Positions 1 to 10,417 of a DNA stretch of 18,211 nt are shown here, piece by piece. Source of the DNA: Ginkgo biloba (taxonomy: Eukaryota > Plantae > Ginkgophyta); assembly GCA_024626585.2 (NCBI GenBank), contig JANKJI020000002.1, positions 51,486,794 to 51,505,004 of the forward strand. Reading direction: 5' to 3'. The position numbers and the translations under genes are program-made. The notes beneath the pieces are model-generated. The model had not been told where the DNA came from. It saw only the letters and a program-made list of their open reading frames with translations, and did not search any database. Positions within the stretch are counted from its first letter, which is position 1, and each line of letters begins with the position of its first letter.

Positions 1-119
1 CCATCCTTCCTACATCACCTAAAAAAATATCAAAAGGGAATAATTCATCTTCCCCATTTACCCATTTCCATTGAAGGTTTACTTAGTCTTCCATGGTCCA
101 TTCACTCTATGTCTATCAC

Positions 120-308
120 TCATTTGTTGACCTCTCTTGGTCATTTTCTAACTATCTTGGATTGTTTGTCCAACCTCCTTCATCATTTATTGACCTCTCT
201 TGGTCATTTGTTAATTTCCTTTGGTTGTCTGTCATACATCCTCTCTTGTTTTATTCCTTCCATTGGTCATTTGTTGAACATCATTGTTCATTTGTCAAAT
301 GGCTTGGT
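120..308. repeat. Degenerate 21-bp tandem repeat, at least 9 units
   Basis: Units start at 120, 141, 162, 183, 204, 225, 246, 267 and 288. Consensus is about TCATTTGTTGACCTCTCTTGG; units 1 and 4 differ at one base. A similar unit follows the N gap (about 376-397). Confidence 0.85.
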
Positions 309-1361
309 NNNNNNNNNNNNNNNNNNNNNNNNNNNNNNNNNNNNNNNNNNNNNNNNNNNNNNNNNNNNNNNNNAGTCATTTTTTTGCCTCCCCTTGGTGT
401 CTTTTCTCACCTTGTTGATCTCTTCTTCAACCTAATCATTTTTTTAAAATTCAATCTCCCTAAGACCTCCTTTAGCCTACTCATGGCCACCACCATCATT
501 GCCATCCACTAAATTATCCTCCATGACTTTTCCATCATCTTTATCTTCTATTTTTTCACCTTTCCATTTCCTTACTCATCATAATCATCCCTTACACCTT
601 TGTAGGGCATCTTCAAGTTGTCATATCTTGCATAATCATCAAAAGAACATAATTTTCTTTCATGGTTTTCCAAGCCATCATTATGTTCTAATGCTCCATC
701 ATAAATCACTCTATTTCCATCATGGGAAACAACCATTTTTTCCTTCGCTTCCACCTCTATGTGTCCAACTATAAATTTTAATTTGATTCTAGTGTGACAT
801 ACAATCAAATCTTTATTCTACACCTCCCATCAAGTTTCACCCTCCTCTTCAATTTTGCAAGGCACTTTCACTTGTGCTTCCTCACCTTATCCTTACATGG
901 TATTTTCTGAAATCTCCTCAACTTGGTCTTTAGATGGAAGTTACAGGTTCCTCCTCATCACACCCTTCCATAGGATCTTTCCCTTTCCATCCTTCACATA
1001 CGACCCTCTCATCATACCCATTTATGGGCTCTCCTAGAAGCACCTCAACCAAGTCTTTTACTTCTTCATTTTCCTTTGGTCTTTTTAACTCCAGTAGTCT
1101 CATTAGTGTGTTCATCCACTTCTCCTCTTATTTTTAATTTTATTGTATACTTCCATCTATTTAATCTTGGAATTATCATCTTCAACTTCCTCCAACCTTC
1201 TCTTCAAGGATGCTAACTCCCTGTGGGCCATTATTACTTTCTCTTGGTATGCCAACCTCACCATCTTTATGTTCCTTTAAATCTTTCCCTCATTGTTATA
1301 ATATTTTACTCATAACCAATCCTTGGATATTCTTACAAAATTCCATAATGAGAAACCTCAT

Positions 1362-1373
1362 GCTCTGATACCA
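1362..1373 (-). promoter_or_regulatory. Primer binding site complementary to the initiator tRNA-Met 3' end
   Basis: Plus GCTCTGATACCA = minus TGGTATCAGAGC, the canonical plant LTR-retrotransposon PBS, 2 nt from a CA dinucleotide. Confidence 0.92.
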
Positions 1374-1375
1374 CA

Positions 1376-1559
1376 TGATCTAGTTGGTGGCTCGATTCCT
1401 CCAACTTTTAACTATTACCCAAGATCTAAATGAGATTTTACAATTTGTCCTGTGCACGATGGCCTAGCCCTTTTAGGGTGTTTTTCCAACAAAATAATTA
1501 AAATAAACACATAACACATATTCAAAAGATGAATGAATCTTATAAGGTTTGTTCCAACA
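1376..1559 (-). repeat. Candidate short 5' LTR (TG...CA)
   Basis: Minus strand runs TGTTGGAAC (1559)...ACTAGATCA (1376), then 2 nt and the PBS. The 3' end is well supported; the 5' end is uncertain (alternative TGTTGG start at 1491). Confidence 0.5.
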
Positions 1560-1669
1560 CCTATCTACTCTTTTGAATAATTCGTCTTTAAATGTCAAAA
1601 ATATATTTGATTTATTGTCATTTCTGTCTAACCATCTCATTGCCCATGCATGTGCAACTCCTTCCATAA
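1560..1669 (-). mobile_element. Retrotransposon gag-like remnant
   Basis: MEGVAHAWAMRWLDRNDNKSNIFLTFKDELFKR fits the Retrotrans_gag pattern (G-x-A-x-x-W...F-x-x-FK-x-x-L-x-x-R). Confidence 0.45.
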
Positions 1670-2445
1670 NNNNNNNNNNNNNNNNNNNNNNNNNNNNNNN
1701 NNNNNNNNNNNNNNNNNNNNNNNNNNNNNNNNNNNNNNNNNNNNNNNNNNNNNNNNNNNNNNNNNNNNNAACTAGCATGGTTCCTAACAAGATTGGAGTG
1801 GTTCTTAAGATTTAGCATCTAGCAAAATATGTGGGCATGAATGATCTTGGTTTTGTCACGTGCCATTTTTTTCTCAGCACTTTATTTTAAAATAAAAATA
1901 CTCAAAGTTATATTTTAAAGTATTATGTGTAGAGTGTTGGTAGATTAATTAACAACATGAAACTCATGGGTTGGATCCTTGCACAATAGGTTGAATTTGT
2001 TACATTTTTTTAAATATACAATTTCNNNNNNNNNNAAATGCAGTAATGGTAAGTTTCTTGACCAACTAATACATCTTTGCAATTTCTTTAGTTTTATGTA
2101 TTTTCATTTGGATATTATACTGCTTTCTTATGTTTAGATCCCTCCCAATGAATCTCTTTTACCACTTTATGTATTATCCATTATCGATTGTGTGTCAAAA
2201 TTTTGGTGCACTCTATTTTACATTCTATATATTTGATAATGCTTTTTTAAATTATAATTGTTGATATTNNNNNNNNNNNNNNNNNNNNNNNNNNNNNNNN
2301 GTAAAACAAACATGGATGAGGTAGGGGACAATGAGGGGACTATAAGGGAAACTCGAATCACCATGTGAATTATTACGACACTAATTGGAATCATAGCCAC
2401 TAAGATAAAAAAAAGTATGGAATGGTGGGAAAGCATAAAAGTTGA

Positions 2446-2640
2446 ATCGCATGGCTTCCAATTGCAACTCACCTTATGGGATATTCATTGGTATGGTTCC
2501 TCCTTTACAATTTAGTAGCCAAATATTGGGATGGATTCAACAAACTCTTCATTGCTAGATTTATGGGAGGAGGACCAATTGTAGTTACAAACCTATGGCA
2601 TACAAATTGTAATATAGGGAGAACATATAAATGCTTTTAA
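2446..2640 (+). mobile_element. Ty3/gypsy-type gag remnant
   Basis: Frame without a start codon: IAWLPIATHLMGYSLVWFLLYNLVAKYWDGFNKLFIARFMGG. It fits the L-x-G-x-A/S-x-x-WF...W-x-x-F-x-x-x-F-x-x-RF gag pattern. Confidence 0.55.
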
Positions 2641-3604
2641 GTGGATATGGAAGCAAAGTGACATATCGTATACATTATGGACATGTGTGCTTTCAACATC
2701 ATTATCACCTTTTTAGTAAGAATAGTACACTGAAAAACAACAAAAATTTCCTTGGACATTCATAAACCATTTTTCTCTTCATGCATTCTTACAAATCTAA
2801 AATGCTATAATTCAATACCATGTTGTAGAAATCAAAAGATCATCAAATCATGAAAAGGAGTTNNNNNNNNNNNNNNNNNNNNNNNNNNNNNNNNNNNNNN
2901 NNNNNNNNNNNNNNNNNNNNNNNNNNNNNNNNNNNNNNNNNNNNNNNNNNNNNNNNNNNNNNNNNNNNNNNNNNNNNNNNNNNNNNNNNNNNNNNNNNNN
3001 NNNNNNNNNNNNNNNNNNNNNNNNNNNNNNNNNNNNNNNNNNNNNNNNNNNNNNNNNNNNNNNNNNNNNNNNNNNNNNNNNNNNNNNNNNNNNNNNNNNN
3101 NNNNNNNNNNNNNNNNNNNNNNNNNNNNNNNNNNNNNNNNNNNNNNNNNNNNNNNNNNNNNNNNNNNNNNNNNNNNNNNNNNNNNNNNNNNNNNNNNNNN
3201 NNNNNNNNNNNNNNNNNNNNNNNNNNNNNNNNNNNNNNNNNNNNNNNNNNNNNNNNNNNNNNNNNNNNNNNNNNNNNNNNNNNNNNNNNNNNNNNNNNNN
3301 NNNNNNNNNNNNNNNNNNNNNNNNNNNNNNNNNNNNNNNNNNNNNNNNNNNNNNNNNNNNNNNNNNNNNNNNNNNNNNNNNNNNNNNNNNNNNNNNNNNN
3401 NNNNNNNNNNNNNNNNNNNNNNNNNNNNNNNNNNNNNNNNTGAAGATTTAATAAAGTCTATTTCTAGGCAAATTTGACAAAAAATTTCAAAAAAGAATAG
3501 AGATCCTAAAACCCTTGTCAAGTTGTCTTTTATATTAAATAGATGATTGACAATTTTGGTTTCCTTTTGAACCCCCCCTAAAAAAACATCATCTCTATAA
3601 TAAA

Positions 3605-3655
3605 CCCAATGATTTAGTAAGTGCTACATGATTGTGCAATCCTACAAAAGGCACA
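3605..3655 (-). mobile_element. Possible decayed gag zinc-knuckle (CAFC/G-LHNHVA)
   Basis: Minus strand TGT GCC TTT TGT, then after a 1-nt shift GGA TTG CAC AAT CAT GTA GCA, gives C-x2-C-x4-H. The last Cys is not visible. Confidence 0.3.
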
Positions 3656-4404
3656 ATCGTCTCTCCTAAAAGACATCTTAATGGACTTTTAACTCTTACC
3701 TTTAGCTACCCCATTATAGATCATATTATCCACACCCCAAGTCCATGTACATTTGGCCTAAGCTCTTAATTTTATGCCACCTCTTCATTAGGATTCTTGA
3801 AGTCCTTTCTAAGGTACTTTATTTTTCTTCTACTTCATATTGGTCAAAGCCCTCCATGTTGATTTCTTTTTATGACCTTATCATTCCATCAAGGGGTTCT
3901 TCATTAGACTAACTTATTTTGTGTCTCTATCTTCCATCTTCCTTGACTTGACCTTAAATAGTTTTAGAAAATGTTTTCCTTTTATAATAGGAAGATTGAA
4001 ATTATCCACTATGAGAGCTACTTTATCCTACCCTCATTTAGTTTTTACTCATAATTTTTTATTAGAATGTCACGTTTAAACTCAAAATGATTATTACATG
4101 TTCCTTCTTCAAATTTATTAGTTAATACAACTACTTAGTCATGGTAAATAATTACAATCCATTAAATCTTGCATGCATTGAAGAACGATTTAAGGCTACA
4201 CCCTTATACAATTCCATAATTGTGCATTGATGTGAGAGGATTTCATAACTTTTGAAATGCATGTTAATAATCATATTCAAAGATGGAGTCATTATCTATT
4301 AATGTGATACTACATAGTTCAAATATTTTGAAAATGTTATCAAAATGAAGAAGAAATTTCACAACTAGTGTAAACCCTTTTTGATCTTATCAGATTGTCT
4401 CTTG

Positions 4405-5013
4405 TGTTGAATTCAAATATGTTGAAACACAAACTTAGGAATACAATCATAAAGCATAAGTTTTAAAGTAAAAAATTATAAAAGGTCAATATTGAATTAG
4501 TACAGTTGTTTTATTTTAGTGCAAGCTTATCGTTGTTTTTTGTCCCCTAAGATGAACTATTATAAGGGTAAAAAGACTTAGCATCCCAACTAAATATACT
4601 TTTGTACATGCTCTTATTAAATTAATAAAAGTGGACAATATTTATAAAACATGTCCAATGAACTTATTATTTAAATGACCATAGAAAGAATAAGACTTTG
4701 GAATAATTATATGCAACTAGGTATGTAAGAGTTCTTATTCTATAAGAGTTCAAATGTTTAATATTAGAAATAAAGAGCATCCATTATAATAGCATATGGG
4801 CTTAGATTTCAAGTACTGATTATGCGAGTAAAGACGATTCAAATTTCATTAATATATTTTGACAAATCAACATTGACTCTACTTAGCCCTTTACACAAAT
4901 GGGATCTAAACCATACATCAAAAAATAATATTACAGGGACCTTACAAAATATTTGAATGAGAAAATAATCTCATCATATCTCTACGGTCAACTCTAATCA
5001 TTTCCACTCAACA
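4405..5013 (-). repeat. Possible LTR-like segment
   Basis: Bounded by TGTTGA (4405 or 4420) and TCAACA (5008-5013). Minus-strand TATA-like (about 4560) and AATAAA (about 4510) signals lie in LTR order. No target-site duplication and no adjacent PPT. Confidence 0.3.
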
Positions 5014-5271
5014 AAGGTAAAAACAGTATCCTAAAACACCCCCAAAAATTTTAATCCCTTTATCCTTTTCCCTTGGATCATATTATCTCAATGTGACCTT
5101 AATTTTTCCAAAGCTAAGAATCTTTTGATTAAAACTTTTGTCTAATGTTCAAACTTAAATATTTTTCAAAAATTTTCAATTTTTATTTTTTATAGGGAGG
5201 CTACGCGCACCCATTCACCTCTAAATCTATATCTCTTTGGGAATTTTACTTTGCAAAGAAATATTTTAGAA

Positions 5272-5830
5272 CTTTTCTTTGATGAAGTGATGATGCACTT
5301 CGATGTGTTTCGTTCGAGCATGAAAAACGGGGTTTTTCACTAGTTTTACTACACTTTGATTGTCACAATGGATTGATGTCTCCTGTTGTTGTTGAAGACC
5401 CATATCACTGAAAATCTCCCATAGCTAAACTGATTCACAAGTTGCTCCCATTGTTGCTTTGTACTCATCTTTCGTCAACGACAATGCCACTGTTGTTTGT
5501 TTCTTGCCACTCCAAGAAAATGCTCCTATTCCAAGACTGAAGACATAACCTAACGTTGACTTTCTATCATCCACTGACCCTACCCAATCTGAGTTAGTAT
5601 ATCCTCTCAACCTGAAATCTTCATTCTTGGTGAATTCAATGCCGAAGTTCAATGTTCCCTTCACATACCTCAATATTCTCTTTCCAACTTTCCAGTGACT
5701 ATCTTTTGGTACAGTCATAAACTTGGAAATCAAATTTACTACAAAGTTGATGTCTGGTCCGGTGTATGTGAGATAGATTAAACTCCCAATCAACTATCCA
5801 TTGAGAGTTTCATCTACCTTCTTTGACTCT
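5272..5830 (-). mobile_element. Ty1/copia pol fragment: RT C-terminus and RNase H (two in-frame stops)
   Basis: ESKKVDETLNG*LIGSLIYLTYTGPDINFVV...GYTNSDWVGSVDDRKSTLGYVF...SWSGKKQTTVALS...ATCESV*LWEIFSDMG...IHCDNQSVVKLVKNPVFHARTKHIEVHHHFIKEK. These are hallmark copia RNase H motifs. Confidence 0.96.
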
Positions 5831-6129
5831 NNNNNNNNNNNNNNNNNNNNNNNNNNNNNNNNNNNNNNNNNNNNNNNNNNNNNNNNNNNNNNNNNNNNNN
5901 NNNNNNNNNNNNNNNNNNNNNNNNNNNNNNAAAGTTTGTTTGACCCCACTATTTGTTCAATTGAACAAACAGTAGGATCAAACTAAATTTTTGCCGATTC
6001 AAATTTAAAAAAAAATAGGCGCGCGCAAGGGGTGTTTTTTAAAATTTAAATTTTCAAGCAGTTAATTATTCGATCAAACAATTTGTGTTTCCAAACTTTC
6101 ATTCCTAAGAAAAATTTTGGCCTCCTCCA

Positions 6130-6191
6130 TTTTGCCAAAAACAGTGTCACATTAGCATGCTTTTGCCAAAAACAGTGTCACATTAGCATGC
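6130..6191. repeat. Perfect 31-bp tandem duplication
   Basis: TTTTGCCAAAAACAGTGTCACATTAGCATGC at 6130-6160 and 6161-6191, followed by TTTT. Confidence 0.95.
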
Positions 6192-6195
6192 TTTT

Positions 6196-6716
6196 ACCCA
6201 TATCCCACTTTCACCTTGTCACAATTAAATTCCCAAGAAATTGTGTAACACACCTAAGTTTATCATTTTAAATTCTTTACACTCCCTTCATTTCATCAAT
6301 CAGTTTCAATGAGTTATTTATAATCACTAAGCCATCCACATAGACCACAAGAATTACCAAATCCCCATCTTTATTCTTGATATATAGATTTGGATTTAAG
6401 GCGCTCCTCTAAAAACCACTACCTCTTACATGTTCATCGATCTTTATGTACCAAGCACGAGGGTCTTTCTTTAGTCCATAAATAGATTTATGTAGTCTAC
6501 ATACAAATTACTTCTTGCCCTTAACTTTAAATCCTTTAGGTTGTTGCGTGTAAACCCTCTCCTCAATATATTCATTCAATAAAGAACTCTTCATGTCCAT
6601 CTGGTTAATTTTCTAACCAAGTTGTGTTGCAATAACTAGTACTTACTTTATTGTGATCATTTTGGCTATTGGCAAAAGATTCTTCGTAGTTGATGCCTTC
6701 CTTCTAGTCGTAACCC
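6196..6716 (-). mobile_element. Degenerate Ty1/copia RT fragment (copy A)
   Basis: GYD*KEGINYEESF...G*KINQMDMKSSLLNEYIEERVYTQQPKGF...LHKSIYGLKKDPRAWY...ILVVYVDGLVI...FKMINLGVLHNFLGI. Multiple stops and frameshifts. Confidence 0.93.
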
Positions 6717-6758
6717 TAAACCAACATTAAGAAGATCTCTCAGACTCCNNNNNNNNNN

Positions 6759-7433
6759 AATGTTTCTTTGATTATTACAATGGCTAACTCATTGGAACCA
6801 TCTTCCTACAAAGAAACCAAGGAAGAAAATCAATGGGTTGAAGTAATGAAGAAGGAATACAAAGGCCTAATGAAGAATAAGACTTAGAGACTAGTCAAAT
6901 TGCATGAAGGAAAAAATTCAATTGGCAGCAAATGGGTCTTCAAAATTAAATACAAGGCTAATGGCATAATTAACAAGCATAGGGTGAGTTCGGTGGTTAA
7001 GGGATATGACTAGAACAAAGGCATCGACTATGAAGAAACAATTTATCTAATAGTGAAAATGATCTCAATCAAGTAAATGCTAGCTAATGTAGTGCAACTT
7101 GGTTAGAAAATTAACCAAATGGATGTGAAGAGTGCATTATTGAATAGAGATATTAAGGAGGGGGTCTACATGTAATTTACTGAAGGATTTAAAGTCAAGG
7201 GAAAGGATTAATTTATACGTAGACTAGATAAAGCTATTTAGGGACTAAAGAAAGACCCTCATGCTTATTACATAAAAATCAATGAACATCTAAGAGGTAG
7301 TGGTTTTTAGAGGAGCACCTCATATCCAAATCTATATAATAAGAAGAAATATGGGGATTTGGTCATTCTCATGGTCTGTGTGGATGATTTGCTTATTACA
7401 AGTGACTCATCGAATTTGATTGATGAAATGAGC
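6759..7433 (+). mobile_element. Degenerate Ty1/copia RT fragment (copy B)
   Basis: EPSSYKETKEENQWVEVMKKEYKGLMKNKT*RLV...IGSKWVFKIKYKANG...KGYD*NKGIDYEET...QMDVKSALLN...GLKKDPHAYY...ILMVCVDDLLIT. Many stops. Confidence 0.95.
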
Positions 7434-7533
7434 NNNNNNNNNNNNNNNNNNNNNNNNNNNNNNNNNNNNNNNNNNNNNNNNNNNNNNNNNNNNNNNNNNN
7501 NNNNNNNNNNNNNNNNNNNNNNNNNNNNNNNNN

Positions 7534-8497
7534 GTGTGTCCTACCATGATTATTCGATAATTATTTAGTTTTGCTGAAACCCCTGATTTATGGATCGAGT
7601 GAATAATATTGTGGGACCATGATGGTGGAAAACCCAAATGAACCACATGGTTAAATAGATTAGTGATATAGTCTAGAAGAACTAATCTACCATGCTTGAA
7701 GAACTTAGCCTAGAATCCCTCCTCATCCATCGCTCTACTGGTATTCATCTCCTAAATTGCCTGCTTGATATCTATGTAGAAGAATAGGTGATAAGGGAAT
7801 GGGGGAGAGGAGGTAACTGAGATGGTAGGTTGCTTGAGAACATCATATAGGGTCTTCATATGGATGAACAAGGTATGAGAATCAAGGTTAGGGGGGATAT
7901 TAGAATGGTGGGAAAAGATAGTGCGCTAAAAGGTCTTTGGAGAGTGACAAAGACCCGCATGCAATTTGTGTCTTCTTTGAGAAATAAAGATTCATTTCTT
8001 ATGATGAAGGATGTAGTTGTATGATCTATGGAGAGAGGGGTACAAGGTAAGATTATGGATGAGGGAATAATGAAGCTTCCTATGATGAGATTTATAGTCA
8101 TCGTCNNNNNNNNNNTTCATAGGGCTGGATCCATGATTTGGGGGACGGGATGGAAAGATGGTAGTGTGACGATAAAAACTACGGGTCACTTCCCATATGG
8201 TAGAGGAAAGGTAATTGTATTTGGAAGAGGATGACTCCATGGATGAGAAGTGGGAGATGGGAGGGAGTATCTAGTGAAGGCAAGAAGAAAAAGAATCAGG
8301 GTCATCCTCGTCGATCCAGATGATAGTACGAGGAGGGCTAGAGGGAGGAGGTGGGGGAGGTCAGCTCTAAGGGAGAAGGAAAAGAGGGTATGGTCTACTA
8401 GAGGAATAGGGGACACTAAGAACTAGTGGATATAAAGGATCAGGCCTTAGTTGGCCAAAATATAATCAACCACGCTAGCCCCCCCACTGTGTAGAGC
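7534..8497 (-). mobile_element. 5'-truncated, degenerate LINE ORF2 (end of APE endonuclease, linker, start of RT); RTE/RTEX-like
   Basis: Endonuclease C-terminal motifs HSGGASVVDYILAN...SPIPLVDHTLFSF near 8490-8375. RT domains 0-1 near 7775-7535: DIKQAI*EMNTSRAMDEEGF*AKFFKHG...ITNLFNHVVHLGFPPSWSHNIIHSIHKSG...NNYRIIMVGH. Clade assignment is from recalled motif similarity only. Confidence 0.88.
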
Positions 8498-8732
8498 AAT
8501 CAAAAAAAAAATAAAAATGATGCCATTGTTTTAATAGTTGTATTTGAATGGCACCATCATCTCAACCTTGCCTCCATCCATATTCACTGAACAACAATAA
8601 ATCACCTCGATGGTTGATAACAATAAACTGCCTTGATGGATGATGGATGTTTGCAAACATTGCATGCATGGGACAAACATTAAAATTAACGACAATGACA
8701 AGCCAGTTGTCCCCTAGATAGAATATTTCCCA

Positions 8733-8969
8733 TAACAACTTGTAATTAAATGCAAAGTTGACAAGTGCTCATCCTACAAAGAAGCTTCCTGAATAATCAA
8801 TATCACTAAGTTAATCCCATGTCCATGTAGAAATGGATATGCATCTAACAACTTGTAATTAAATACAAATTGGTAAGCAATAAAATATCCATCCCCCAAT
8901 TAAATGTGTATATGAATATAGAAAGTCGACGCAAAAGTGGTATATGCGTATAGCAACTTGCAATTAAAT
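8733..8969. repeat. Three dispersed copies of a 19-bp core at 105-113 bp spacing
   Basis: TAACAACTTGTAATTAAAT at 8733 and 8846; TAGCAACTTGCAATTAAAT at 8951. Copies 2 and 3 also share about 25 bp of upstream similarity. Confidence 0.7.
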
Positions 8970-9804
8970 TCCCCATGGAAAATCTATTGAACCCTACGAG
9001 TCTATCTTCCCAAATTATCTTGATGCTTGTATGGGCATTGGTTGTTGTTTTATTATTATGTTATGTCTACTACTGATAGAAATAGAATAGGTAGGGTATG
9101 GACATCTTGAGGTTTCATAGAAGCAAGAGCATTCTTATTACTGGTTGTATAGGCTTTGTTGGTAAAGGTACTAATAAAATCCATTCTTTTTACTCTAGAT
9201 AAAGTCATTTGTAGTTAAGTTACGATTTAGATGTGCTTGTGTATTGATTTTTGCTACTAAATGCACTATTTCCAATCTCATTCCAACTCTGCCAAAGAAT
9301 ATAATACGTGTGTAGCCTAATGTTTGTTAAAATTAGTATAGCCAAAAATATCTACTTGTAAAGAAATCATGCAAACATTTTTGACAATTTCTAGTTTATT
9401 TTTAACATGCAAATGTATGCCAATTTTTAAAGGTTGCATACAAGCATATGTTCTAATTTTAAAAAGTTGTATGCATTGCATGCAAACATAGTTTACAAAG
9501 AATAGATTAATCTTTAATAAGTAAGTTCTATATTTGTTTATACATGGCGTTGAAATTTTCTTCTATATATGTAATCTATTTAATGAATAAAACAAGTGTG
9601 TAGCACAAGCAAATTTGCGTTTCTTTATTAAGGTTGAATTTAAATTATTTCTCTCTTTCTTTGCATATCTTTGCTCCATTTTTTTATGAGGAGTTGCCTG
9701 CATCGCCTGTACCCTTACAATAGACGCCACCCATATGTTTTTTTTACAGCTCCTAGAAATTAAGGACAGTATATATACAAATATATATAGCTTTGAGTGC
9801 ATAC

Positions 9805-10215
9805 ATGTCGTATAAAATGAGTTGTCTCGAGGCTGTGTTTTGGAGCGTTGAGATCCCCTAGATCTTGCAAGGAACGCATGCTGGAGGCAACAGCGAAGAG
9901 GGCCCCTGCAGCGTTAGGGTTGATCTCATGCCGCTGGTGGCCAACGTTGAACTCATGTATGCCGGCCATGAAGTCGTAGGAAACTAGCAGCCTACTCAGC
10001 GCGTCTGTCAGCCTTTGGACGACTTGATCGAACGACATTTGAACATTTGCACCGTCGAAAAACAACACAGTTTCTATCGTAGCGACCAACGTTTGATCAA
10101 TATTTGACAGGAATATCGACCTTTTCACTGTTTGCTGTGCTGGATATATCAGGAAGGGTGTCTCCACTCGCAGTTTGAGGTCATACATTACTCGACTCTC
10201 CATTGCCATTGCCAT
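9805..10215 (-). pseudogene. BAHD acyltransferase (GLAUCE-like clade) first exon, frameshifted
   Basis: MAMAMESRVMYDLKLRVETPFLIYPAQQTVKRSIFLSNIDQTLVATIETVLFF...DALSRLLVSYDFMAG...NAAGALFAVASSMRSLQDLGDLNAP matches the N-terminus of GLAUCE-like BAHDs (FLSNIDQ, LVPYDFLAGRL, EIDCNAAGA, GDLxYPNPAF). Removing one A from the run at 9838-9841 restores PNTASRQLIL (consensus PNPAFxQLV). GRL and IDCN appear as GIH and INPN. Possible GT donor (GTATGC) at 9804. No HXXXD or DFGWG exon found in the window. Confidence 0.85.
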
Positions 10216-10257
10216 TGCTAGCACCACAAACGTAGATTGTTTCAATGCCTTCTTAAA

Positions 10258-10265
10258 TATATATA
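10258..10265 (-). promoter_or_regulatory. TATA box of the BAHD gene fragment
   Basis: CC-TATATATA-TTT on the minus strand, 43-50 nt upstream of the first ATG (10215). Confidence 0.55.
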
Positions 10266-10417
10266 GGCGAGCTTATAATTAATTGTCAATGGACACAGGA
10301 CCCCAACATTTGTGGGTATCTCAAGTCAATATGGATGATTATCTACAATACTGCTGCATTGGTGGCTCGAGGAAGAGAGACTACTTCACATTGATGCGGT
10401 GACAGATGGCGTAGATA

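Larger units (their letters stand above)
1..1559 (-). mobile_element. 5' part of an LTR retrotransposon (LTR, PBS and degenerate internal region)
   Basis: Perfect tRNA-iMet PBS at 1362-1373 (minus), preceded by an LTR-like CA end. Downstream (toward position 1) is a purine-rich, stop-riddled, charged, coiled-coil-like reading frame (MVRLAYQEKVIMAHRELASLKRRLEEVEDD...MNTLMRLLELKRPKENEEVKDLVE). No gag/pol motif recognised, so superfamily not assigned. Confidence 0.7.

Noticed and set aside
93-1137. Hydrophobic or Ser/His-rich plus-strand ORFs
   Set aside because: They are antisense shadows of the purine-rich minus-strand retroelement interior and the 21-bp repeat.
2832-3521. 229-aa and 197-aa ORFs (and other X-containing ORFs)
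   Set aside because: They are open only because they run through N gaps.
5272-6716. Single intact minus-strand copia pol
   Set aside because: The pieces are collinear but separated by a gap and a foreign segment, and differ in degree of decay; both have stops.
8733-8969. CRISPR-like repeat-spacer array
   Set aside because: Eukaryotic context, only three short imperfect cores, spacers near 90 bp and no cas genes.
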